Assembly (NCBI RefSeq): GCF_044704955.1
Contig: NC_091990.1
Coordinates: forward strand, 165,912,001-165,976,000
Length of the DNA stretch: 64,000 bases
From: Pristiophorus japonicus
Lineage: Eukaryota
Direction of reading: 5' to 3'
Each line of letters begins with the position of its first letter. Position 1 is the first letter of the stretch. Under the pieces are notes generated by a model that saw only the letters and a list, made by a program, of their open reading frames with translations, did not search any database and was not told where the DNA came from. This document shows, in pieces, positions 10,731-22,900 of this stretch. The position numbers were made by a program, and so were the translations under genes.

Positions 10731-11559
10731 CTACAGATGTGATAACCAGCACTGCAAACCTGTCTGTTACTTATTTGCTGTTTATTTTTCCTTTTTTAAC
10801 CTGGCCCACATAGATGATCTTTACAGATTGTCATTATTATACAGACTATTAAAACAGTTCCCAGTTAATCATGTTCATTATGTTCCTGATTCAGCGAACT
10901 CTTCATGGACACTTTTTGGAATCCAGTAATTTTTTCAACTTGTAAATGAATAGTATTCAAATGAGTACATGTGTAAAGGTGTGGCAGGAATTGGAAAAAC
11001 TGACTGGAGAGTGCAACAGGAAGTATCTGGATTCCATAGAAGATGGCCAAAGGTGGCAATTCCATGAATTGTTAGAGCTAGATGAATTGGTAAATGATTA
11101 GGTAGTAGAGATTAGTTTAAAGCGAAGACTAGTTTAAATATTGGAGAAGTAAGATAACTGTGGCAATGAATTACATGAGGTAAAAGCAAGATTTGTCGCT
11201 GGATATTAAGATGTGCTAAATTGGTTGCTGATTGAATTGAATATGGTCTAGAAGAGAGACTCCCAATAGGGAAGTGGCTGCATAGGACCTAAATGAAACC
11301 AACAGGCATTGGCGACTAGATAAGGAATGTGGATCTCATTGATTTATGGATGTAAGTAGGTGAGATGGGTTTCAGATTAGCTACAAATTGGTTGAGATTG
11401 GCAAGGTGTAAAATGATGATACTGGTGATACTATATATCATTAGAATCATAAATACAAATGGTATTTTGGTTAAGTGTCAGATTTGTGACTAAACATAGT
11501 TAGTGATATTAGAGTTACAAGATAAGTAAGATTGACTAGATTGGATAGAAAATGAGTAA

Positions 11560-12015
11560 GGGGACAAAATTGGCCCTTTTTATAGCCCTGTTAGCACCTC
11601 CGGGGGGGTGCTAATGGTGCACAAGCGCGTTTTCTCCCGGTGGAGAGGGGCACTACCACCTCGCAGGAAATTGCCCCAGAGGTTTGGGAGGCGCTGTGCA
11701 CGCTGACCCCTCATTGTCCTGCACCAACCCGTTAATGCCCCACAGGGGAAATTGCGGGTGGATGACAACGTCACCTTCATGGATTGCGAAGCTGGCGGAC
11801 AGCTGCTTCTGGGGCGTTGTTTAAAGCTGAGGCCTGCAGTGTCCCGGACCGCCATCTTTGTTGGTCGGCTGATTCTTGGGCCGTCATTGGGCCTCAAAGG
11901 AAGCAGAGTGCCGGAGATAGTGCTCTGCTTCCTTTGATGGGCGAAAGGCCCAATTCCGCATCGGGGCGTCCGAAGGTTACCGCCCCCAATCGGGGCAACG
12001 GGCAATTTCGCCCCC
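11560..12015. mobile_element. PIF/Harbinger-type MITE
   Basis: TAA target duplication (11557-11559 and 12016-12018); imperfect TIRs GGGGACAAAATTGGCCC / GGGCAATTTCGCCCCC; GC-rich body in an AT-rich intron. Confidence 0.75.
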
Positions 12016-14055
12016 TAAGACTGAGTACTTGAGTTGGGTAAGGTTAGCGGAATAGACCATTTGACCTATTGAGGGTCTGGCCTTTTGCACTATAATTCAC
12101 TCACCTTACTATTGTAACTGTATTTAGAATTTCAAATATTTATCAACCTAAATTGTTTTCTAATACCTGTTTTAAATTTACTATTTACTATTTATTTGTG
12201 TCTTCTAGTCTTCTCTTCTACAATACATGTTTATGCCTTTTGCATATACCATGAAGCATTAAATACAAAGTGGCATCTGATGCCTTAAGCAATCACATTC
12301 CCTTAGGTAATTTCTACATACCCCTCAGTTGCAAACTACATTTTTAGGCCTTTTTTTGTTTATGATTGATCAAATGTTGGGCATGCCTGCAGGTTAGGTT
12401 ATGACAAGCTGAATGTGTCTGACTCATCAACCTAACCTATGACGAGCTGATATCTCACAGCATTTTCTGTATAACTCCTCATTTTCAGGTGGCAAGAGGC
12501 CAATATTTATGGTTGTTGGAGTTTTTTGAAGTTGTTGGTCAGTTTTTGCATATTTGGTATGCTACAAGGTGAGTAAGCTTTGACTGGATTAAATTGGATA
12601 TAAAGTGGCTGAAATAATTCACTGTATACAATGTGGGTGAGATTTCTAAATTGAAGCATAATACAGGTATTGCGATTTATATTGGATTAAATTTGAGATT
12701 GTGTGATTTACTGAAGATTATTGGATTGTCTTGAATTCAAAAGCTGGGTGAGTTGTGACTGCATGGTGAAATTGATTGGGTATGATCTGGTTGACACTGG
12801 TATGAAATTGGAGGTGGGGTGGATGAGATTGACATTGGAGAATGGAAGAATTAGACTGTCAGATTGACACCAAGTATTGTCCAGGTCAGATTGACATTCA
12901 ATTGAGGTGGATGAGACTGATAATTGGATACAAGGCTGGCAAAGTTGCATTTGAGTTGAATTAAATACAATGGGCATGACATTGGCGACCAACATGAGGT
13001 GAGTGAGCTGGGTATTCTGTTGATGTTCTATTGAAAGCAATGAGTGTGACATAGTTGATTGTTGTGAGATGGCTATGTTGTGAAAATTTGGTGTTGGACT
13101 TGACAGTCGGTGACTAGATATCCATTAGAGTTGATTGCATTGGGTGTTTGGTAGGTGAAATTGATGCCTATATTGGACATGACACAATGTGGTCAAGATT
13201 GATGGCTAGATTTATTACAATGTATAATACGGTTTAACAGTGGATATGAGGTGGGTGAAGTGAGACTGGTGTCTGATTTGGCATTGAATCAGATTAGAAA
13301 TGGGTTGGGTGAGATTGGTGACCTGAATTAAAGTGACTGGGCATTAATTAATGAAATTAATATCTGGATTGTATACAAAAGATTGTGACAGATTGGATGC
13401 AATGTGGCTGAGTTTAGTATTTGGTTTGGATATGGGATGTGAATTTTTTTGTAATGGAATGGATATAGAGCCAGTGAGAATCCTCATTTCAGTGAAATTA
13501 GGAGCTGAAGTGTGGTGGCGCTGATGTTATGTATTGTTATAGTTAGTCATTTTATTTCTCCTTTTTTGCTCATGAAGGAAAATCTTTATTCTCCTGGATT
13601 CTGGGGGCAATCTCACATCTGCTCAGGGTTGTGCATGAATGCCAGCTGGGGGAAGAAGGGCTTAAATCTTTTTAAAGATTGTTTGGGTGGGGTTTCTCTG
13701 CTATCTAAAAGATTGTGTATGGAGATATTAAGTCCCTAGGACAGTATAGCCATTTTCTCTACAATTGTGGCCCAAAAATTATACCACAGATTTTTTTAAG
13801 AAAAAGATGAACTGAATCAATGATTTGAGAAAAATATTTCAATAATAAAAATTGGAGAACTAAATGACTGAGTTAACCCATTGAGCTTTTTACACTGAGA
13901 TGAATTTGAATCCAGTTCAGACTGATGAAGGAAAGTCTTCTTGTCTGTTAATTGGTAGGGTCCTTTGTGAAGTGAATTAGGTTAGCCTCAAACCAGTTGC
14001 TTGTGGGCAGAGATCAACAGTTTTCTCCCCCAATTCAATACTAATTTATAATAAC

Positions 14056-16406
14056 ATAGAAACATAGAAACATAGAAAATAGGTGCAGGAGTAGGCCATT
14101 CGGCCCTTCTAGCCTGCACCGCCATTCAATGAGTTCATGGCTGAACATTCAACTTCAGTACCCCATTCCTGCTTTCTCGCCATACCCCTTGATCCCCCTA
14201 GTAGTAAGGACCTCATCTAACTCCTTTTTGAATATATTTAGTGAATTGGCCTCAACAACTTTCTGTGGTAGAGAATTCCACAGGTTCACCACTCTCTGGG
14301 TGAAGAAGTTCCTCCACATCTCGGTCCTAAATGGCTTACCCCTTATCCTTAGACTGTGACCTCTGGTTCTGGACTTCCCCAACATTGGGAACATTCTTCC
14401 TGCATCTAACCTGTCTAACCCCGTCAGAATTTTAAATGTTTCTATGAGGTCCCCTCTCATTCTTCTGAACTCCAGTGAATACAAGCCCAGTTGATCCAGT
14501 CTTTCTTGATAGGTCAGTCCCGCCATCCCGGGAATCAGTCTGGTGAACCTTCGCTGCACTCCCTCAATAGCAAGAATGTCCTTCCTCAGGTTAGGAGACC
14601 AAAACTGTACACAATACTCCAAGTGTGGCCTCACCAATGCCCTGTACAACTGTAGCAACACCTCCCTGCCCCTGTACTCAAATCCCCTTGCTATGAAGGC
14701 CAACATGCCATTTGCTTTCTTAACTGCCTGCTGCACCTGCATGCCAACCTTCAATGACTGATGTACCACGATACCCAGGTCTCTTTGCACCTCCCCTTTT
14801 CCTAATCTGTCACCATTCAGATAATAGTCTGTCTCTCTGTTTTTACCACCAAAGTGGATAACCTCACATTTATCCACATTATACTTCATCTGCCATGCAT
14901 TTGCCCACTCACCTAACCTATCCAAGTCGCTCTGCAGCCTCACAGCATCCTCCTCGCAGCTCACACTGCCACCCAACTTAGTGTCATCCGCAAATTTGGA
15001 GATACTACATTTAATCCCCTCGTCTAAATCATTAACGTACAGTGTAAACAGCAGGGGCCCCAGCACAGAACCTTGCGGTACCCCACTAGTCACTGCCTGC
15101 CATTCTGAAAAGTACCCATTTACTCCTACTCTTTGCTTCCTGTCTGACAACCAGTTCTCAATCCATGTCAGCACACTACCCCCAATCCCATATGCTCTAA
15201 CTTTGCACATTAATCTCTTGTGTGGGACCTTGTCGAACGCCTTCTGAAAGTCCAAATATACCACATCAACTGGTTCTCCCTTGTCCACTCTACTGGAAAC
15301 ATCCTCAAAAAATTCCAGAAGATTTGTCAAGCATGATTTCCCTTTCACAAATCCATGCTGACTTGGACCTATCATGTCACCGCTTTCCAAATGCACTGCT
15401 ATGACATCCTTAATAATTGATTCCATCATTTTACCCACTACCGATGTCAGGCTGACCGGTCTATAATTCCCTGTTTTCTCTCTCCCTCCTTTTTTAAAAA
15501 GTGGGGTTACATTGGCTACCCTCCACTCTATAGGAACTGATCCAGAGTCAATGGAATGTTGGAAAATGACTGTCAATGCATCCACTATTTCCAAGGCCAC
15601 CTCCTTAAGTACTCTGGGATGCAGTCCATCAGGCCCTGGGGATTTATCGGCCTTCAATCCCATCAATTTCCCCAACACAATTTCCCGGCTAATAAGGATT
15701 TCCCTCAGTTTCTCCTCCTTACTAGACCCCCCGACCCCTTTTATAACTGGAAGGTTGTTTGTGTCCTCCTTTGTGAATACCGAACCAAAGTACTTGTTCA
15801 ATTGGTCCGCCATTTCTTTGTTCCCCGTTATGACTTCCCCTGATTCTGACTGCAGGGGACCTACGATTGTTTTTACTAACCTTTTTCTCTTTACATATCT
15901 ATAGAAAGTTTTACAATCCGTCTTAATGTTCCTTGCAAGCTTCTTCTCATACTCCATTTTCCCTGCCCTAATCAAACCCTTTGTCCTCCTCTGCTGAGTT
16001 CTAAATTTCTCCCAGTCCCCAGGTTCGCTGCTATTTCTGGCCAATTTGTATGCCACTTCCTTGGCTTTAATACTATCCCTGATTTCCCTTGATAGCCACG
16101 GTTGAGCCACCTTCCCTTTTTTATTTTTATGCCAGACAGGAATGTACAATTGTTGTAGTTCATCCATGCGGTCTCTAAATGTCTGCCATTGCCCATCCAC
16201 AGTCAACCCCTTAAGTATCATTCGCCAATCCATCCCAGCCAATTCACGCCTCATACCTTCAAAGTTAGCCTTCTTTAAGTTCTGGACCATGGTCTCTGAA
16301 TTAACTGTTTCATTCTCCATCCTAATGCAGAATTCCACCATATTATGGTCACTCTTCCCCAAGGGGCCTCTCACAACGAGATTGCTAATTAATCCTCTCT
16401 CATTAC
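14056..16406 (-). mobile_element. Young 5'-truncated CR1 LINE in GAL intron 5
   Basis: Uninterrupted ORF2 reading frame (ORF-track 14155-16428, 757 aa) with FADDTK; (catagaaa)n tail; possible ATAAC TSD at 14051-14055 and 16407-16411. Confidence 0.95.
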
Positions 16407-16754
16407 ATAACTTGGTCATCTCACTCAAAAGAGATCGCTAGTGTAGCTGATGCTATAGAGATTGTTTTCTAAAGCTTTGAGCAGAGCAAAGGGAATATCG
16501 GTCTACATCAAACTACAGGAATACTTGATCAACGAATCTTACCAGGATATTTGATGCTGACACTGGGTGCCGGAAATGGAAAATATTCAATTTCTCACCA
16601 TTAATTGCTCAGTTGAGAACAAAAACACACTTAAAATATACTAAACTGCAAAGAACACGGTTTGTATTGCATTGTGTGCTCTCTTTGCTGTAACTATAAA
16701 ACATTGGCCCATGTTTCCGGTTTGATCCTAATGAAGACTATTTATTTGTTTCAG

Positions 16755-16813
16755 AGATTGGTGCACTTGATAACCTGCTACCATTGTTACCGTCTGAAGT
16801 TGGCCAGCCTTAA
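16755..16813 (+). CDS. GAL: Preprogalanin exon 6, (E)IGALDNLLPLLPSEVGQP*
   Basis: tttcag|AG ATT GGT GCA CTT GAT ... TAA; EIGALD motif. Exon sum 81+55+87+78+59 = 360 nt = 119 aa + stop. Confidence 0.93.
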
Positions 16814-17023
16814 CCTGTCAAGAGCAACTTTTCTGGAATGTGAACAGCATGGGATTGCAACCTCCAGTGAACAAATCAAAGATTATTGATGACATTTAGG
16901 ATAAATTATAATTAGATGGTTGAATATTTCAATCAATTTCCATTACTTTTGTTGACTTAGTATTGGGATGAATAATTTTTGTGAAAATCTTCAAATTTCC
17001 ACACTGAGGAAAATGTGTAAACA

Positions 17024-17029
17024 AATAAA
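17024..17029 (+). terminator. GAL: Probable GAL polyadenylation signal
   Basis: AATAAA ~210 nt after the stop codon. Confidence 0.65.
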
Positions 17030-17895
17030 ATTAGCAGCTGCAACAAGTGCATTGCATTGCTTGGAATTTCTTTAAGGATACATTATTTGTAATAACTGAA
17101 TGGCAGCAGTTTCTCTGATTGGCTCTCCATTATCACATGACTGATTGATTGCTGATTGGTCCCCTTGGCGGATAAGCCACAGCCTGAAGTTTTTCTGGAA
17201 TGTGTAAATGGAACCACCAGCCTAACTTTGCACATTGTAACGTGATCCATTTTGACTTCAGATGTCAGAGAGGACACATCCCCCAGCCGAAGTCCCTTAC
17301 CCCAGCGCAAGAGCTGCCTCCACCAGCCGAAGTCTCTTACCCAAGCGCAAGTGCATAACCTTAGCTCCCCCCCGTGCCCACCATAGATGGGGAATTGTGT
17401 GCAGATTGTTAACAGGTTTATTGCGTATGAAGTGAACAGTGACAATGTTGTGACTTTTTGATTTCATCCACTCCAACGATGTCCCTTGTAACACATCCAC
17501 CAAGCTTTCCGAGAAATTGGGTGTGGATGTAAAAGGGCTTGGAAGAATGTGATCTGTCTTCTGAGTTCCCTCTCTCCCCTCTGATCCCCCCCACATGTGT
17601 CTCTCTTCCCCCACCTCCCTCAAGGCTCTCTCTCTCTCCGCCCCCACCAAGCTCTCTCTCTTTCTTTCTCTCTCTCTCTTTCCCCCCCCCCCCCCCCCCG
17701 CCCCAATCCGCCGCTGCTGCAGCTCTCCTCTCCACCATCAGCAACAAGCTATTACTCTGATGACCAGTGATTCTAAAAGTGTACCTCCAGCCCTGAGAAG
17801 AGCTACCAACTGGCTCATTTCATACCTCAAGACATCAAGGACTTGTCGTAGTACTCATGCTCCCATGTTAAATGGGCCTTTCAGTACAGTACAGT

Positions 17896-18393
17896 TCATC
17901 ATCATAGGCGGTCTCTCGAACAAGGATGACTTGCTTCCACATGAATTCACAGATGTTTCAATGAAGGAACCAGTGTTCCAGTCCTGAACTCCAATTGAGG
18001 GGACAGAAGATGCCTGTGCGTGAATTTTTTAACGTGTGGTGACCATTGCACATCAGCCACCACACGGGCTCGACAGAGCTAGGCCTTTATCCAGTGGCAA
18101 GGGTTAACCAGGACGATTGGAGACCTGCTCTGCTGCACGGATCTAGTGCGCACACATATTGCAGTGTGGGCTGGCCCGGGCTGCCCCTGGGCCCTCGGAT
18201 CTTCTGTGACCCATACCCTCAGTCGCCGCACCTCCGTCACGATCTTTCGCCACTCCTCCGCCACAAACATTCGCCGCACCTCTGCCACAAACTCTCACTG
18301 CTCCTCTGGCACAAAACACTCACCGCACCTCCACCATGATGCCACGCCGACCTGCGAGAGAACACCACCGCAGGTCGGGAGTATAAAGAGCTG
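17896..18393 (-). mobile_element. Non-autonomous RTE-tailed retroposon with an internal 24-bp minisatellite
   Basis: Tail catcatcataggcggtctctcgaa...gacttgcttccac shared with the RTE at 1209; five ~24-bp units at 18223-18340. Confidence 0.6.
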
Positions 18394-19959
18394 GAGTACT
18401 GTTGTATCATTATTAGCATAACTAATGAGATTAAAGAGCCATACATACAGAGTAACATAACAAACAGATGAAACTAAATGATATTGCATAACAGACATGT
18501 GATCTCTATAAATTGACACATTAATCAATGTGTCCGGAGTGACAAAAATCTATCTCTTGCTGGAGGGCTAATCAAATGTCTGTAGGAATAATATAAAATG
18601 TATTTTTTATTAAGATGCAGATGAAATGTGTAGTTGACGATCTTAATGGCGATGTGGTCTCTGCTTCTCCAGAGTCTTTCTTTGTTTCACCCTTTGAGCC
18701 AATCAAGACAAAATGAATGTTTGTTCAGTTGTGAGTGTGAAGAATATGTCTGAAGACAAGACTAAACAACTGCAGTGTTAAATCTCCTTGCATACTCCCA
18801 TTTAAGTACCTTAAATTATTAGATCCAATGATTAACACCGTCGCTTGTTCCAAGCACAGCAGGCGCACTTATATATCTTTTTTAATCCTTCCCTCCCTTA
18901 GCTGCATACCTATCTAGAATTTTAAAGACCTGTATCATGTCCCCTTCAGTTTTTTATCTTACAAAAATAAATCTAGTTGCTTGAGACTTGCTTAACTTAA
19001 TCTCTAAAACCTAGAATTATTCTGACCACTCTTCTCTGAACCTGTTCTAAGGAAGATATTCTTTTTAACTCGGGTGACTAAATTGCTTGTTACCTAGCAT
19101 TTAGTAGCAGGGGTGAGGGATGCCTCTTGGCATATGGCAGCACTACAGTAGCGTGCAGATGTAATGGTAGAGGAGTTCTGACCACATTGTGGGGAAGAGT
19201 TATTTGGGTTTGACAGCTCTATCGAGAGGAAACCTGGGATTTGACGGCAACAGGGAGTGCAATGTGAGATTTCGCTCAATCAGTGGCCTAGCAGACATGG
19301 TTTGGGGGTGGGGGCTGGGGGGTGCTCACGTCTGCCAGCATGGAAGAATACCAGGGTCAGGCAGCATTTCCAAGGGGGTCTTGGGGTCTGGCAGCATTGG
19401 ATAGGTTTATATAGTCTATGAATTTCTGCTTATATTGGATGTGTAGCAATTTCCTCCAACTAAATATTGGGAAAACTGAAGCCATTGGAGGGAATTTTAA
19501 CTCCAAAAAACAGGTGGGAGGTTAAAGTGTTAAAAAACTGAAGGACAAACTCCAACTTCCTGTTTTAACAGAGGCAGGACACGCTGGGCAGGAAACCCTC
19601 TCCCAGGAAGCCAACTCGCTCCCAGGAACCGGGCCTCCATTTAAATATTATAATGAGGCTGGCATGCCTCGGATTTAAGGACCTTTTCAAATTTAACTGT
19701 GGCTGGTCAGGTTTCTCAAGCCTCGGAGTACCCACCAGCTATAGTAAGGCGAGGATTGCGAGATCCAGGAAGTAAGTGCGTGTGTCCCTGCCTCACCCAT
19801 CTCTGCAATCGGAAACCCCCCGCCCCGAGACCTCCGATATTTTTTAAATGTATGCCCTCCTGCTTTCTAACCCTCCCCGCACCCACATCCACCCCACCTT
19901 CCTATTAAAATTCTGGAAATTGTCTTTGGTCCCCATCACAAACTCCTTTCCCTGACCCA

Positions 19960-22900
19960 ACGTTTCCATCTCTCTCCCTGGTAACTGTCTGAAGCTGAGC
20001 CAGACCGTTCGCAACCTTGCTGTTGTGTTTCACTCTTTGATGAGCTTCTGACCACATATCTGCTCCATCACTAAGACCGCCTAATTCCACTTCCGTAACA
20101 TCGCCCTTCTCCACCCTTGCCTCAGTTTATCTGTTGCTGAAACCCTCATCCATGTCTTTGTTACCTCTAGACTTGCCTATTCCAATGCTCACTTGGTCAA
20201 CTTCCCATTTTCCACCGTACATAAACTTGCGCTCATCCAAAACTGCTGCGTGTATCTTAACTCGCATCAAGGTCTGTTCATCTATCACCGCTGTGCTTAT
20301 TGACCTACATGGGTCCCCAGTCTGACAACACCTTAATTTTAATATCCTCACCCTTGTTTTCAAATCCCTCCATGGCCTTGCCCCCTGTTGTGTATCTGTA
20401 AAGCATGCACTCCCATGGTCTGCCAACAGGGAGCTCATTCCCTGAAGTCCCAAGGGATCCCAGCATCCCTTGGGAGCACTGTATATAAGCTGGCCCCAAA
20501 AGCCTGTTCCTCACTCTGGAGTGTCTTAATATAGACTGAGGTCACTGTTACTTTAATCTCCCTGTGTGCAGTCTCATCTGTGTTTGGAACACAATAACTG
20601 GCGACGAGTATACGAATCCAACGCAAAGATGCAGCAAACTGGGCATCCTGGAGAAGTTTTTGGAGGGTGAGGACTGGGAAGCCTATGTCGAACAGCTAGA
20701 CCAGTACTTTGTAGCCAACGAACTGGACGGAGAAGGAAGCGCTGCAAAAAGGAGAGCGGTCCTCCTCACGGTCTGCGGGGCACCGACCTACAGCCTCATG
20801 AAGAATCTTCTGGCTCCGGTGAAACTCACAGATAAGTCGTATGAGTAGCTGTGTACACTGGTTCGGGAACATCTTAACCCGAGGGAGAGGTATCGGTTCT
20901 ACACGTGCCAGCGATCTGAAGGTCAGAAAGTGGGGAGCTACGTCGCCGAGCTAAGGCGACTTGCAGGACAATGTGAGTTTGATGGCTACCTGGAGCAAAT
21001 GCTCAGAGACTTTTTTGTACTGGGCATTGGCCACAAGACCATCCTACGAAAACTTTTGACTATAGAGACACCGACCCTCAGTAAGGCCATTATGATAGCA
21101 CAGGCGTTTATGTCCACCAGTGATAATACCAAACAAATCTCTCAGCACACAAGTGCTAGCAATGTTCATTAATTAACTGGAACTGTGTTTGCGAGCAGAA
21201 ATGTACAGGGCAGAAACCACGAGTCTGCAACTGCCAGCAGGCCTCAGGTGATCCAGATGACTCAGAGTCCAGAACAAAGGATGAATTCACACCTAGTTGG
21301 CATTGTGGAGGCTTCCATTCAGCCTATTCATGCCGCTTCAAAGGGTATGTTTGCAAGAGCTGTGGAACAATGGGGCAAGCTCTGCAAAACCTGCTAACCA
21401 CCACGTGGCAGAGGAAGATCGGTCCATGGTGGATCAAAGCAATTTTGAGCCTCAGAGAGAGGAGGCAGATGTTGAAGTACACGGGATGCACACATTTTCG
21501 ACGAAATGTCCACCTATAATGCTAATTGTAAAATTGAATAGCTTACCCGTAGCCATTGGACAATGGCACTAGCCAATCCATCATGAGTAAAAAGATGTTT
21601 GAGAGACTGTGGTGCAACAAGGCACTCAGATCAGCCCTGAGCCCCATCCACACGAAACTGAGAACGTACATCAAAGAGCTTATCACTGTCCTGGGCAGCG
21701 CCATGGTCAAGGTCATCTACGAAGGCACGGTGCACGAACTGCCACTCTGGATTATCCCGAGCGATGGCCACACACTGCTTGGAAGGAGCTGGCTGGGCAA
21801 AATCCGTTGGAACTAGGATGACATCCGAGTGCTATCACATGTCGATGAGACCTCATGTACCCAGGTTCTTAACAAATTTCCTTCCCTTTTTGAGCCAGGC
21901 ATTGGAAACTTTTCCGGGGCGAAGGTGTGGATCCACTTGGTCCCAGAGGCACGACCTATTCACCACAAGGCGTGAGCGGTACGTCACATGATGGGGGAGA
22001 GAGTGGAAATCGAGCTGGACAGGCTGCAATGCGAGGGCATCAACTTCCCAGTTTAATTCATCGAGTGGGCCAGCCCGATTGTTCCAGTACTCAAAAGTGA
22101 TGGCACGGTCAGGATTTGCGGCGATTATAAAGTAACTATTAATCGTTTCCCACTACAGGACCAATATCCGCTACCTAAGGCAGACGACCTATTTGCGACA
22201 TTGGCAGGAGACAAGAAGTTCACCAAGCTCGACCTGACTTCGGCCTACATGATGCAGGAGCTGGAGGAGTCTTCAAAGGGCCTCACCTGCATCAACACCA
22301 CAAGGGACTGTTCATCTACAACAGATGCCCGTTTGGAATTCGGTCGCTGCAGCAATCTTCCAGAGAAACATGGAGAGCCTACTCAAGTCGGAACCACGCA
22401 CGGTGGTTTTTCAGGACGACATATTGGTCACGGGTCGGGACACTGTCGAGCACCTACAAAACCTGGAGGAAGTCCTCCAGCGACTGGATCGCGTAGGGCT
22501 GCGGCTGAAGAGGTTGAAATGCGTCTTCATGGTAACAGAAGTGGAGTTTTGGGGGAGAAAGATCGCGACGGATGGCATTCGGCCCACAAACGCCAAGACA
22601 GAGGCTATCAGGAACGTGCCCAGGCCACAGAATGTCACGGAGCTGCGGTCGTTCCTGGGACTCCTCAACTATTTTGATAACTTCCTACCGGGGTTAAGCA
22701 CCCTCCTACAGCCCGTACATGTGTTATTGCGTAAAGGTGAGAATTGGGTATGGGGAAAAAAACAAGTAATTGCTTTTGAGAAAGCCAGAAACATTTTATG
22801 CTCCAACAAGCTGCTTGTATTGTATAACCCGTGTAAAAGACTTGTGCTAGCATGTGATTAGGAATTTGGACCAGCCAAGAATCTCTGCAGTCCCTAGTAA

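Noticed and set aside
14129-16441. Many ORFs antisense to CR1 ORF2, here and at other CR1 copies
   Set aside because: Recurrent shadow ORFs of the RT reading frame, not genes.
18223-18340. CRISPR-like array (also the 33-bp repeat at 60430-60675)
   Set aside because: Head-to-tail minisatellites without unique spacers, no cas genes, vertebrate context.
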